A stretch of 62,922 bases of DNA, the filler included, from Perkinsus chesapeaki ATCC PRA-425 (taxonomy: Eukaryota; Protista; Perkinsozoa): the NCBI GenBank assembly GCA_013115145.1. It is 10 parts of 10 records of this genome, joined end to end, with 100 filler letters (N's around TTAATTAATTAA, not from the genome) between each part and the next. Parts side by side here need not be neighbours in the genome. Positions count along the whole stretch, not along the records: positions 22,521 to 26,455 come from JAAPAO010001343.1; positions 26,556 to 28,706 come from JAAPAO010001663.1; positions 28,807 to 51,945 come from JAAPAO010000566.1; 7 more parts are not named here. One strand, 5' to 3'. Below, in pieces: positions 23,815-34,859 of this stretch. How positions within the stretch are numbered: the stretch's first letter is position 1; each line of letters opens with the position of its first letter. The translations under genes and the position numbers were made by a program. The notes under the pieces are model-generated. The model had not been told where the DNA came from. It did no database searches and saw only the letters and a list, made by a program, of their open reading frames with translations.

Positions 23815-25126
23815 GCGGGTAACCCATCTGATCCAGTATAATTACGTCCAGTGGCCAGTTGATCCATTCTTATTCCACCCATTGCTCTTTCATACACTCC
23901 CACTTCGTCCATCTCACTTCGGCCAGCCGAGTGCGCCCACCGCGCGCCATTGTCTTTTCATCCACTACCACTTCATCCATTCGCATTTCGTCCACCGATT
24001 TTTTTTAATTCGCCGGCGGCTTTGCCGCCGACAACCACGCCTCGTTTCCCAGTAGCATCATTCCGAAACCCCTCTGGGATTCGAACCTGGGTCGTTCGTT
24101 GGTTATACCATTGGACTAACCGCTTGGTTAATGCGACTCTTGAAAATGCTGACATGGCTCTAACCTCCCTCTGAAAGTGCAGTTTCGCGGCCAAGTTATG
24201 ATTCCCCCGGGGAATCCATAGGCTAATCAGTCATTAGTAACCACTCCTCTCATAGTTGTTTTTTAATGCCCTTGCCCTACATGTTCGATCCAGCTCATAT
24301 CTTATTGGATTTAACCCAAGAGCCACAAGTCATCGACATCTTTCCCACGTTCGTCAAAAACACACAGTGATGGCTGCAGTGAAAGAAGACTTGCGAAGCG
24401 TATTGTCTATTGTCGTATTGTCGGGTTCTACGGTAGAACTTCTACCAACTTGCTTGAGTTATCTCTGACCAATATGATGAATATGACCGATTATTTTTCG
24501 GACCGGTATGTGGGGACAATCATCGAAAAACCCCTACCAACGGGGAAGAGTGTGAACTCACACTTCAGCGAACCTGTAACGCTAACTTCCTTCAATATTG
24601 TGGAGCCGCTTGGCACCCCTCCCCCAACTCTCTACCTGATTGTCAATATACGTATCACTTATCTTAGAACCTGCAGCTCTGTTCTAACCAGAGCTGAGAA
24701 CGTCCCGCGTCACCAAAGGACGCCCACGATGAGGTTCACCCTACAACAGCCTGTTGCCAACATGCTCCAAGAGCTTTTCTTAGCCGCATCTTTCTGATGT
24801 TTTAATATGTGTGAGCTTTATTACCTTGCGTGTATGGCGGTATAGCCGTGGTTGCTAAAGTTGTATCATACTATGAACTTCATAGTATGAAGTATCCCAA
24901 ATTGGTCTACCACAGTTGAGTTGAAGCAAGACGTATACCTTGGATGAAATGGTACTGGACGAACACCTTTGAAACGCTTCTCTCCTCTGTGGACGACAGC
25001 AGAACTGCCAAGCTGGATGAAATAACAATGAATGAAATAATGATGGATCAACAGAGAAGAGAAAGTGACACCACTGGACCAACTGGCCACTGGACGTGAT
25101 TATACTGGATCAGATGAGATACACTC
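23815..25126. mobile_element. Non-autonomous TIR DNA transposon (~1.3 kb) with an 8-9 bp target-site duplication
   Basis: 23825-23866 is the inverted repeat of 25075-25116 (40/42 identical). RTCCA motifs point inward at both ends. GCGACTTC(G) is directly repeated at 23807 and 25127. No transposase ORF. Confidence 0.75.
24067..24125 (-). pseudogene. tRNA-derived fragment lacking the anticodon arm
   Basis: The minus strand reads GCGGTTAGTCCAATGGTATAAC-CAACGAAC-GACCCAGGTTCGAATCCCAGAGGGG. It has A-box-like and B-box-like motifs but no complete cloverleaf. Confidence 0.4.
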
Positions 25127-25728
25127 GCGACTTCGTACGCGTAGCGTTTGTTTGAGCATATCGTCCAAGGCCGAAAATGGCTTAGTTAGACTGCCTATTA
25201 ATAATGGACCATTATATGTTCAGCACTCCGTGTGGGCTCGACAACTGTCTGATATTCTTACTGAGGTATTGCTCAGCAAAAAGATTAATGTAACTGACCG
25301 TCAGTTACTGACGTCGAGGTCTTACTCGTCCTACCGTAGACTACGGTCTGTAGTATCTCGCATTGTGATTCCTTCTGCAGACTTTGGAAATGGGCGAGTA
25401 AAGGTTGTGATATTACAGCCCCGCTTCAATACAGTATTTGCAAGGCTTGTACTACAGAACTCAAGCCACTTTTATATTGAGAAACCTATATCTAGCGCAA
25501 AGTGATAATAAAACGCTAAGAGCTGGAAAAAGACCGAGTCTATAACTGAGTGGCCCGAATATGATTGAAAGATGAAGAGAAACTCATCCGATAATCATTC
25601 GAACGCAGAGATTTTCACTTGAAAAGATGGAAAAGCCGTTCAATCGGCTACTTATAATCAAAATGCACTCTAGGGGCATCTTGACGCCGGAAATGCAGTG
25701 TTGCAGGAGAACCGTGAAAAAGAAGAAC

Positions 25729-26455
25729 TCAATCGCACCGACAAGGAATATCTGTGGATGAGCAAACGCTTGGCGTCGACCAGTATTTACAATAACTGCC
25801 TGCATACAATGAGCTGCAAAGAGCGTCACATTTCAGATTTGACGGAGCAGAAGTGGTGAAGCCCATTGTTGGAGAAGCCGTCGACGGGGGAGGATGAGCT
25901 GTGGTTTGTCCACATGAACACGAAACGTCCGTGCCAGAGCACACACTTGGGGCGTGCCAGTATTTACAGAAGCTACCATCCTTGATCTGATTGCAGAAAG
26001 AATCGCACTTCTCAGTACTCACTCTACCCGTTGTTGTTGAAGAAGAATCTGTAGTGGATCCACTCGTAGTTGTCGACAAGCTTGTCGTAGGTCTAGTTGC
26101 GTCAGGTGGTGACGTCATCGCCGAGGTAGTGGGTGTCCCACACGAGCACGGTATGTCGGTGGCGGAACATACTTGCGGGTAAAGCCAGGTTTTACAGTAA
26201 CTCCCTTTGTAGAAAGAATCACACATAGCATGAGCATCTCTACAATCAGTGAAGGCAGTACTTGGGGTCGTAGAAGGACTTGTAGTTGTGGTCGTAGAAG
26301 GACTTGTAGTTGTGGTAGTTGTGGTCGTAGAAGGACTTGTAGTTGTGGTAGTTGTGGTCGTAGAAGGACTTGTAGTTGTGGTAGTTGTGGTCGTAGAAGG
26401 ACTTGTAGTTGTGGTAGTTGTGGTCGTAGAAGGACTTGTAGTTGTGGTAGTTGTG
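25729..26455 (-). CDS. Mucin-like protein with three Cys-rich CD-x-x-C...GS(Y/F)CK-x-W...VCS-x-TD-x-x-C-x-C modules (5' end lost in gap)
   Basis: The frame is open from the gap through (TTTTTTSPSTT)n into three modules separated by Thr/Ser-rich linkers. Confidence 0.85.
26266..26455. repeat. 33-bp coding minisatellite (GGTCGTAGAAGGACTTGTAGTTGTGGTAGTTGT)n, ~5.5 copies, running into the gap
   Basis: Near-perfect tandem copies; the first unit is shortened to 24 bp. Confidence 0.95.
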
Positions 26456-26555
26456 NNNNNNNNNNNNNNNNNNNNNNNNNNNNNNNNNNNNNNNNNNNNT
26501 TAATTAATTAANNNNNNNNNNNNNNNNNNNNNNNNNNNNNNNNNNNNNNNNNNNN

Positions 26556-28706
26556 GGCCTTAGAGAAAAGAATGAGTGAAGCGGAAAAAATACGAGTACA
26601 GGATGAGATTCATCGACTACTAGAAGAAGGAATAATAGAAGCAGTGGACGAAGAGGAGATCCGTTATTTTGTACCCATAACACCAGTCTTCAAGGAAACA
26701 TCCGTGAGTACTAAAACACGGTTAACAGTGGATGGAAGAAGGTTGAACAATTTCCTTCGCGTTGGTTCCGTGGAGGGACAACAACCACTGTCGGAAGTGT
26801 TGACGGCCTTCAGAACATCTCAGCATTTTGTTGGGCTCGATCTGTTACGGGCGTTCAACCAAGTGCAAATGCACGAAAACAGTAAGAGATGGTTAGGATT
26901 TACCTTATTTGATGGATGGTTTGTATGGGCGATGATGCCGTTCGGCCTATCATCTTCGCCGGCAACACTGTATCAATCACTGTCATTGGCATTAAAAGAT
27001 GGCAATGGGACCATCACGATGCCATATTGTTATTATGTAGATGATTTCGGGGTTCGAGCCCAGGCCGTAGCCGACCTGGTTCACAATGAAGAAGTATTAA
27101 CCCATCGACTGGAAGAGAGCAGTTTTCCGACGCAGCCGAAGAAGCGAATCAGCAGTGAGGATAAAGAAGAGAAGGAAGTCAAACATTTAGGATATCGGTG
27201 GAAATTGCCAGAAGATACGATTGGACAAGTATTGGCTGAAGTCGACATTCCCGATGAAATGACAAAGGCAGAATTGGTCGGATATTATGCCAGATGGTAT
27301 GATTTATTGGGGCTATTCCTGCCGGTAGGCATATCTGCACGCATGAGAATACAAGAAGCACATGCACTAGTAAAGGAGTGGCAGGAGAAGGTTCCAATGA
27401 AATGTATTGCAGATCTTAAACGTTGGGCTACGACGGTGAGATCGCGGGAGTGGAAGGTTCCTCGGTCCTTGAACACTGATACAGTGGTGGTATACGCAGA
27501 TGCGTCATTAGACGCTTGGGCAGCTGAAGTTTATGCTACAACATACGAACAAGCTGATAAGCAGTTATACATATTATTTGGATCGGGAGGAGTCTTTGCT
27601 AAACAATGTGGGTGGAGTGTCCCGAAACGGGAGCTGTTTGCATTATGGCAGGCAGCGAAGCTAGCGGTAAAGGCTAAGCAGGCAGGAGAAAGATGGAAAC
27701 CACAAGTACAGAAGGTAGTCATCTGCAGTGATTCGGCAATAAACATTTGGAGACTGAAGAGGAGCAAGCAGGATGCAAAAACATCGAAAATAGAGAAGAA
27801 ATGGCTAGACGAGATTGAGAAGCTCTGTGAGGCCGTGGATGCCTGTATTATCCATGTGCCTTCGGCGTCTAATTTGGCAGACAAGTCTACTCGTGGAGAC
27901 ATGTGTTCTAATATTAGTGTCACAATTCATGAGATCAATGCCCTTGTGTCTGGGGCAGCCTTAGTTTCCTATGGTCCGTCGATCACCCGACGGTCAGAGA
28001 GCTTAGACCTATGTGCGTTGATGTCTGAGGATTCCGATGAAGAGGAGGAGGAAACTGAACCTATACGTGGAGTAGATGATACATTTAATGATTCGTTTGT
28101 TGAACCGATTAATTTTATTCCATTGATTCGTGAAAACCAAAATAAGTGTCTGTACATTTCTTTATTGAAACAGTTAATTACCGATAATACTATTCCTGTT
28201 GATTCTGCGATCCCCAAATCCATTCTTGAAAAGCAGAAAGGATTATATGATATCGATAATGGTTTGCTCGTTAGATGTGTCAGGAGGAATACAGAAGGAG
28301 AGCTATGTGTACAATTATGTATTGATTCGTCTGATAGTCAGTTAACTAATTTGATTATAGATTATGTACATGATAAAGCTGGTCATTTGGGGAGTCCCAA
28401 GATAGCCGAGGCGGTGGCTCAAGAGTATTTTTGGAAAGGTATGAAGGCGGCAGTAAAGAAAAGGTTGAAGACTTGTGACATATGTCAACGGCGAAAGGCC
28501 AAAGTTGCTTATCGTAGAACTTCAAATGAGATTGCCTCTGTACGGATGTGGGGCTTGAAGCCAGGAGCAGTTTGGGGAGTTGACCATGTCACTAATTTGC
28601 CGCCTGGTAAATTTGGAGATGGCAGAGATTCTGGTAATTATGTAGCTATATTGGTGGTACTAGATGCTATGACTAAATTTTGTTGGATGCGCCCTGTCAA
28701 GTCAAC
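26556..28706 (+). mobile_element. pol: LTR retrotransposon pol fragment (RT - RNase H - integrase N-terminus)
   Basis: RT: LDLLRAFNQV, MPFGLSSSP, YYVDD. RNase H: VYADAS, ELFAL, CSDS, NLAD. Integrase zinc finger H..GH...C..C followed by WGVDH. The frame is open across the whole contig. Confidence 0.92.
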
Positions 28707-29666
28707 NNNNNNNNNNNNNNNNNNNNNNNNNNNNNNNNNNNNNNNNNNNNTTAATTAATTAANNNNNNNNNNNNNNNNNNNNNNNNNNNNNNNNNNNNNN
28801 NNNNNNAAAAGGCAGATATACTGAAACCTACATAACTTATCATCATAACTCGTCATGCCTAGTGGGCACACGACATCAAAGCCATCAAAAGTCTAACGTT
28901 TCTGTTTCATCCAAGGAACAATTACAACCGTATATCTCGGGATTCGTGCATGAAGTACAGGCTATACTCCACGTACGAATTGTCCAGTGCGATGCTCAGC
29001 TTCACGGTATAGCATCGGATGATGTACAGAACAGCAAAGGCAGACCCGCAGCAGCCTTTTGGGTGGTGAACCAATAGGTCATTGCTGATATTGAATGCAA
29101 ACCTCGGGCTTTGGTTCACACTTCAACATCGCCTACTAGACTACGACTCGTAGCTTACAAAGCTAAATGCAGCGATGATTCCAATGTTGCCCCATGAGGA
29201 GCTACCAACTCCGAGCTGACCCCCCGATAGGTTTTGAAGGGAAATCTGCCGGATTCAGCGAATGGGTATAATCGTTTGAAGCATACTAAGGTTATCCAAA
29301 TCCTCATTCAGAGTCGCCCTTTTGAAGTCACATAGGACGCAGAATCCTCTGAGCAGGCCGAGTGTTTAGGATCTCTAAATTGGAAGGGACGAGTCGCATT
29401 CTTTTCCGAAAGTCGGTTTCAATCAAACCGTCTGACGGGAACGCCGTTGAACTCTCACTTGAAGCTCAAGTCTTGAACGACAGTGATGGAAAGTTTCCAC
29501 ACTTGAAAACAGTTACCAGGAAACCATAATAGGTCAATTACTCATGCAAGGATTGCATAATCCGGTAACGCGGCACATCACGCGACGAATTGCCGTGTCT
29601 TCATATTCGAGGAACAACTAAGAGACTAAAGACTCTAGAGAGGAGTAGAAACGTTACTTAAAGTAT

Positions 29667-30983
29667 CTAATAATTAGCTAAATAGTCGGACACTTCCGCT
29701 GCAGCTTTTCCTCCTGTTATTAACGCCGCGTGAACGGCTCCTTGATACTCGGGATCGCAATGCTCGCCAGCAAACCATACTAAACCATGACGCCGAGCAG
29801 CATTGTTAACATCCACTTCAGTGGAGCTCGGTCGGTAGTGGGAGTAGCTTCCCATTGAGTACAAACCCGAGCAAAAGAACGTTACTCCGGTGCGATCCGG
29901 AGGAGGTAAATTGGGCAGCACACCTCTCAGGGCCTCTATCGCACCGTCTATAGCTTCCTTTCCACTTATGTCCACAACCTGGGCGGTCACAGCACTGCTA
30001 GATAAGACTTCAAAAAGCCAGTTTTGCTGGCCGTCTGAGCTGATGACGGCTATGCCATCCTTATCAGCTGGAATGGGCTCTCCCTTATCCCAGCCCAAGA
30101 AGATCTTCTCGCTAGTTCCTGTACCCAATCTTTGGATGGAATCGAACTGCTCCGAGGGCATCTCCGGTATAAAACGGATTCGCTCTGACTGGATAACACC
30201 GAGCGGCACAGTGCAAATACAAGCCTTTGCATGGTAAAGTCTACCATCACGGGTGGTCACCTGGACAGGACCGCATTCCAAGCCGCTCTGGTCGACAGTA
30301 ACGACTTCGGTCCCGAGGTAGAAGTGTGTGGTAGAGCACTCCTCCTCCAACACCTCAACCAGCGCATACATACCCTCTTCTATTTTGCCATCAGGACCTT
30401 CGAACCGTCCGGTCCCTTCGGAACCATCGAACTCGGTCGCTCGGAGCTGGGAATCAGAGCTGACGCCCATCCATGTCCGGACTAGGTACCACCAGAGATA
30501 TCTAACCAGCTCGTCCTCAACATCTAGGTCAACGCCGCTCATTCGCACACCCTCCTCAAGATTCACGCTATCGTCAAGCTCGCTGCATACTTTTTGCACT
30601 TTTTCCAGCAGTTCTTCCACCCTAGTATAGGCGCTCCGGAGCTCCTCTTGAGAATACAATCTCCCATCAGAGCCATACGCGCGTAACATCGTAATATAAT
30701 CCTCATCAGAGCCAGGATACTGGTGGACATGAAGACCACCACGATTGGCAATGCTGACCATGGGATTCTCGGCGCAGACACCGTGGATGTACTGCGCACC
30801 CATGTCGATAGCAACTCCTCTGTGCCATTTGGTCGGACTAATTCTTCCACCTAGTCGCGGCCGAGCTTCCAAGACGGCCACGTTATACGACTGCAATGCC
30901 CTCGCAGCGGCAAGGCCGGCTGCCCCACCGCCCACGATAATAACGTCCAAGAGGCTGGGTGCTGTGAGGCAATCGGATTCCAT
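29667..30983 (-). CDS. FAD-dependent amine oxidase (polyamine oxidase/LSD1-like family), intronless
   Basis: VIIVGGGAAGLAAA...LEARPRLGGRI, IDMGAQYIHG, ICTVPLGV, GSYS and WFAGEH...QGAVHAALITG. Likely start MESDCL. Confidence 0.92.
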   Translation of the reverse strand: MESDCLTAPSLLDVIIVGGGAAGLAAARALQSYNVAVLEARPRLGGRISPTKWHRGVAIDMGAQYIHGVCAENPMVSIANRGGLHVHQYPGSDEDYITMLRAYGSDGRLYSQEELRSAYTRVEELLEKVQKVCSELDDSVNLEEGVRMSGVDLDVEDELVRYLWWYLVRTWMGVSSDSQLRATEFDGSEGTGRFEGPDGKIEEGMYALVEVLEEECSTTHFYLGTEVVTVDQSGLECGPVQVTTRDGRLYHAKACICTVPLGVIQSERIRFIPEMPSEQFDSIQRLGTGTSEKIFLGWDKGEPIPADKDGIAVISSDGQQNWLFEVLSSSAVTAQVVDISGKEAIDGAIEALRGVLPNLPPPDRTGVTFFCSGLYSMGSYSHYRPSSTEVDVNNAARRHGLVWFAGEHCDPEYQGAVHAALITGGKAAAEVSDYLANY

Positions 30984-31232
30984 TGGTAAAACTGATTGAC
31001 ACTCGTACGCTACAAGCAGATATATTATGCAGCAAGTGTGGCGCGATGCGAAAGAGGCCGGCAGTTTTACCGAAACTTGCACATCGCAAAACCATTGTGA
31101 AAATTGTTGGCCAAATTGAGGGGGCATTTGGTGTAATACAACGCAAAGCACAGTAAAGGAGTAAACCTCGCGCTTATATGAGGAGCAATGAATGGTCGAG
31201 TTGATGGCGAGTGAGTTATTGCCGAGATTGGG

Positions 31233-33065
31233 TCACTCTTGTGGAGCGGTCAATCCAGGATGCCTTGGAGGTTCCCGACGAAGCTTGAGTAAACATATTG
31301 CACCGAGGGCAATCGCAACTATGATGATAAGAAATACGGAGAACAGCACTAGATATGCAGGGCGGCTAGCGATTGATCGGGGCGCCACCCAGGAAGACAC
31401 CGCAGTCGGTGAGCTAACCACGGGCCCGGCGGATTCGACCGAAAGGAAAGCCGATGGAGGGGCGTCCTTCGGACACGCATGCTCGTTACAGGACTCCTCA
31501 TCTGAGGGCCTAGTTTGAGAATCACATTCAACATCGTCGAAAGCATGACCGTCGGGACCGGAGCATTTAACGCATCTGACACGAACAGTAAAAAGTAATG
31601 AACAAGTTGTTCACCTTCTTCGGACGCCTCCTCCGCAATCCTTGGAGCATGAGCCCCATTCCTCAGGCGCCCATTGGAACGTTACTTTGCAGACTCCGCT
31701 CCTGGTTGAGGTGTGATCTGCTACAATTACACCATCCGGGATCGACGCGCGAGTGACGGTGTCAAAGTAAAATCTGAGCAGCATAAGACAGCTCGAAAGA
31801 GCAGGGCTACGCAGGCTCACCGCTCATCGTCTCCTATTTGGAGCGTCGCCCGTCTGCAGGATTCTAACCCTTCTTCTCTCTCTTGCTCCAACTTCCAGCA
31901 GGAATCCCCGAATAGCTCATATCGGCGTTGCTTCCACCGCAATGTCTCTCTTTTGTTGTAATGATCAATGTAGTAATTCTTCCCCTTGGATTCCCTGAAA
32001 GTACATGTCGCGAGATCACACTGCGACACCTGGCTTACCATTTGTCCTTCAAACAAGTAATAGCACACCCACACTGAGGTGTCATCGGTTGCACCTCATA
32101 CGAAATTCGCTCGTACCTGCGTAATAATAGTACAACGGATGCTGCTGCTGCTCCTTCGATGGTCGGCCCTACTCATATGGTGCCAAGAAGAGGCCTATCA
32201 TCGCATCTTCGGCGTCGACCTGTTTGAAAGGGACAGGAGACTTAGCTACTAAATTGACCAGCTCGTAAGATAACACGTATCCAGCACCTGTACAATGAAC
32301 TGAAGATGACCAAGAGCATGTGACGAGACTACCTCGAGCATTTGTGGGATAATAGTCGAGGCCGGTCGAAGTCTTGAGAGCTGGCTGAAGGATTTCCAGA
32401 TACGACCAGAACTCTCCTGCGTACACACGTGGCAGGTCGAACGCCTTCTTGTCGTCTAGAATCGATAACAGTCTGAACAGGAATTCAACCAATGCCTGAA
32501 AAATGAGACCTCACTTCGCCAAATGGACATAGCTATCCGTATCGGTCTTCAGAAGCAAACGGAACCTGCGGGGCCGCGTACAGGTACTCCAATGCGACCC
32601 GAGCGGTAGCTACTTCCCGAAAAGTTTCTCTGCTACTTTGAAGGTTTCAATTACTTTCAGGCCCAGGCGATTGTACGAATCGGCAAAGCCAACGAGCTCG
32701 TGAATGTCACCTGACGTGATGATTGCTCGTTTCCAAGAAAGCGGCAGCATCTAGACTTACTGAACTGAGCCTTCTCCATATCTAGGCGGGCTCGAACATC
32801 TGACGGCAACTCAGACGAGTCTCCTATCGTGAAATAAAGTTTTACCCGTCTGCCCGTCTCCTGAAGGGGTTCTCAGTATCGGCTTAAAAAATGCTAGTCC
32901 AACCTTTTCAATTCCCGTCAGCTGCCGGGCCCAGGAGTCCCGAACAACGCATCGCCGGTCTGTTTCAGTTGGGGCTGTAGGGATGACCACAGCCAAATCC
33001 ACCACGTCCTCGCAGTGCGACTTGGACATAAAAAGGGAAAATAATATTGGGCAGAAAGCCCTCAT
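31233..33065 (-). CDS. GT31 (beta-1,3-galactosyltransferase-like) - thrombospondin type-1 repeat - transmembrane protein, multi-exon
   Basis: Signal-like MRAFCPILFSLFMSKSHC; GT31 motifs LAVVIPTAP...RRCVVRDSW, LLKTDTD, AGYVLSYELV and EDAMIG; TSR WAPEEWGSCSKDCGGGVRRR/CVKC...C...RP..EESCNEHAC; TM LVLFSVFLIIIVAIALGAICLL. Confidence 0.75.
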
Positions 33066-34040
33066 TTGGTGAGAACTGACACGATGACTCAGTGAGGCGA
33101 GAACGACGCCAAGGCTCATTAGGAGCAAAATCTGCAGTGATATTCGGCGAACCAGTTACTACATACAAAAGTAATCTCGACTCACGAAAACCAACAGCCC
33201 CGGAAAATGGTTCGGGGAACACTAACTCGATCATTTGACGTGCCGATCCTCCCCCCTCTTCAACAACATGCTCAACAAGGAAGCAGGCATGTGGCGAGTC
33301 GAGAAAAGGAACGATCAGAGCGCTGGTAGCTCGGCGACGCCAACTCTCACAGTGGTAGCCTCAGCACTACGCGCGACGCCGAACTCGGCGTGTCGCGTGC
33401 GTGCCCGCGATGCGAACTAGCACAGACTTAGGTACCCTTCCCGAGAGGACTAACCGTCCCGTAGAGCAACACTGCGCCAATAAGAGTCAAGAAGGTGAAA
33501 GGATACATGCTGTTGAATATGAGCCACTACTATAGGGAACTAGAAGCCCCCGGGGATTCTATACGAGAAGGGAAACCGACGACGAACAGCCCGGACAGAA
33601 AAAGGATCCGAACACTTCCAAATTTCCGGACAATCGAGCAAGGGTGGGCAAGTGGGGCGCGATATCGCCCTCGGAGTGGTAGGCCGACAGTTACAGTGGA
33701 TGCATGTGATAGGAGAGAGCACACGGTAGCTCGACATGCGACTTCAGAGCGTTCCTACGAGCAGCTTCGTGGTGGCTGATGCGTGCCACGCGCCACGGCT
33801 CACAGCTAAACTGAATCGCCATGAAACTTTGTTCAGTACCATCAGAAGCAGTGGTTCCAAATAGAGTCGATAGATGTGCTAGCATGGTGAGCCCCTTGGT
33901 GAGTCTTCTATCGCTGTAATAGAGCCTCAACTTCCGCGTGACACAATTTGTCTTCTTATTCCTAGTTTATCTGGCGTCGAGCTCAATACTGTACATATAA
34001 CAGATTATTATAGCCCGACATGGAAGATTTGGAACCAACT

Positions 34041-34128
34041 TCAAGGTGATGTCCAGTAAGCATTGTATACTAGTATAGAAGGCATCAAGGTGATGTCCAG
34101 TAAGCATTGTATACTATTATAGAAGGCA
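34041..34128. repeat. 44-bp direct tandem duplication (1 mismatch)
   Basis: TCAAGGTGATGTCCAGTAAGCATTGTATACTA(G/T)TATAGAAGGCA x2. Confidence 0.95.
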
Positions 34129-34220
34129 TACACCTCATTAAAAGAAACTGCGGACACAAAATAGTATACGAACCACTGGCAACTCAACAATCGGGCAGCT
34201 ATAGCAGTGATGACATTTAA

Positions 34221-34781
34221 TTACTCATGCAGTCCACAAAGCATGTACACGGTGAGCACAACCAGACCGCCCGACACCGATATTCGGGGCCATGGGGCAG
34301 CCGCCGCTTCAGAGCCCTCCATCGCGTTGCCATAGCAAGTATCGCTCTTTTCAAACATATCAGCTGGAACGCATGCCTCCCGCGCTTGCATCTCTTGCTT
34401 AGTCTTATTGGGGAAATATGCCTTTAACACATCTACCATACTGAGACCGGCAGCGCAGTTGCAAGTGAAGAGGAAACGGTCCAGGCCGCACAGCGTAGGA
34501 TGCTCCTGCAGACACTGGGCGAACTCACACTCGTCATCGCCGATGCATTCCCAGCAAACTTTATGAGCCAGGCATCTCGACTGGTCATGATGGTTGATGA
34601 TGCTTACTTGCGATACGTCGAAAACTTTCAGCTCGAGTTGTCGGTCCGCTGCATACGGACACACCTCCGCGCACTCTTCAACATAGAGCCTATTGTTAAA
34701 TTCTGCTGTAGAACCGTTCTGGCCTTGGCCTGTTCGGTGCAGGAAGGAGAAGACTAGGAAGAACGCCTCGACTTGCTTCAT
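34221..34781 (-). CDS. Intronless Cys-rich secreted protein, probably GPI- or tail-anchored
   Basis: 186-aa ORF with a hydrophobic N-terminus, about a dozen Cys, and a hydrophobic C-terminal tail after small residues. Confidence 0.7.
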   Translation of the reverse strand: MKQVEAFFLVFSFLHRTGQGQNGSTAEFNNRLYVEECAEVCPYAADRQLELKVFDVSQVSIINHHDQSRCLAHKVCWECIGDDECEFAQCLQEHPTLCGLDRFLFTCNCAAGLSMVDVLKAYFPNKTKQEMQAREACVPADMFEKSDTCYGNAMEGSEAAAAPWPRISVSGGLVVLTVYMLCGLHE

Positions 34782-34859
34782 TCATGCAGTGTAGAAAGCA
34801 CCCTGGTAAAACTCAGCCCCCCCCCACAAACCAACAACTGTAATGTGAACAACAACTAA

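Larger units (their letters stand above)
23703..25505 (+). pseudogene. ORF apparently interrupted by the TIR element
   Basis: Removing the element and one TSD joins ...LLFILFSSALLLQGYLHVLACTGRL in frame to RTRSVCLSISSKAENG...KPISSAK*. No in-frame ATG was found and no homology was recognised. Confidence 0.35.

Noticed and set aside
25050-25060. ACAGAGAAGA, resembling the U6 ACAGAGA box
   Set aside because: The flanks do not match U6, and it lies within the TIR element end.
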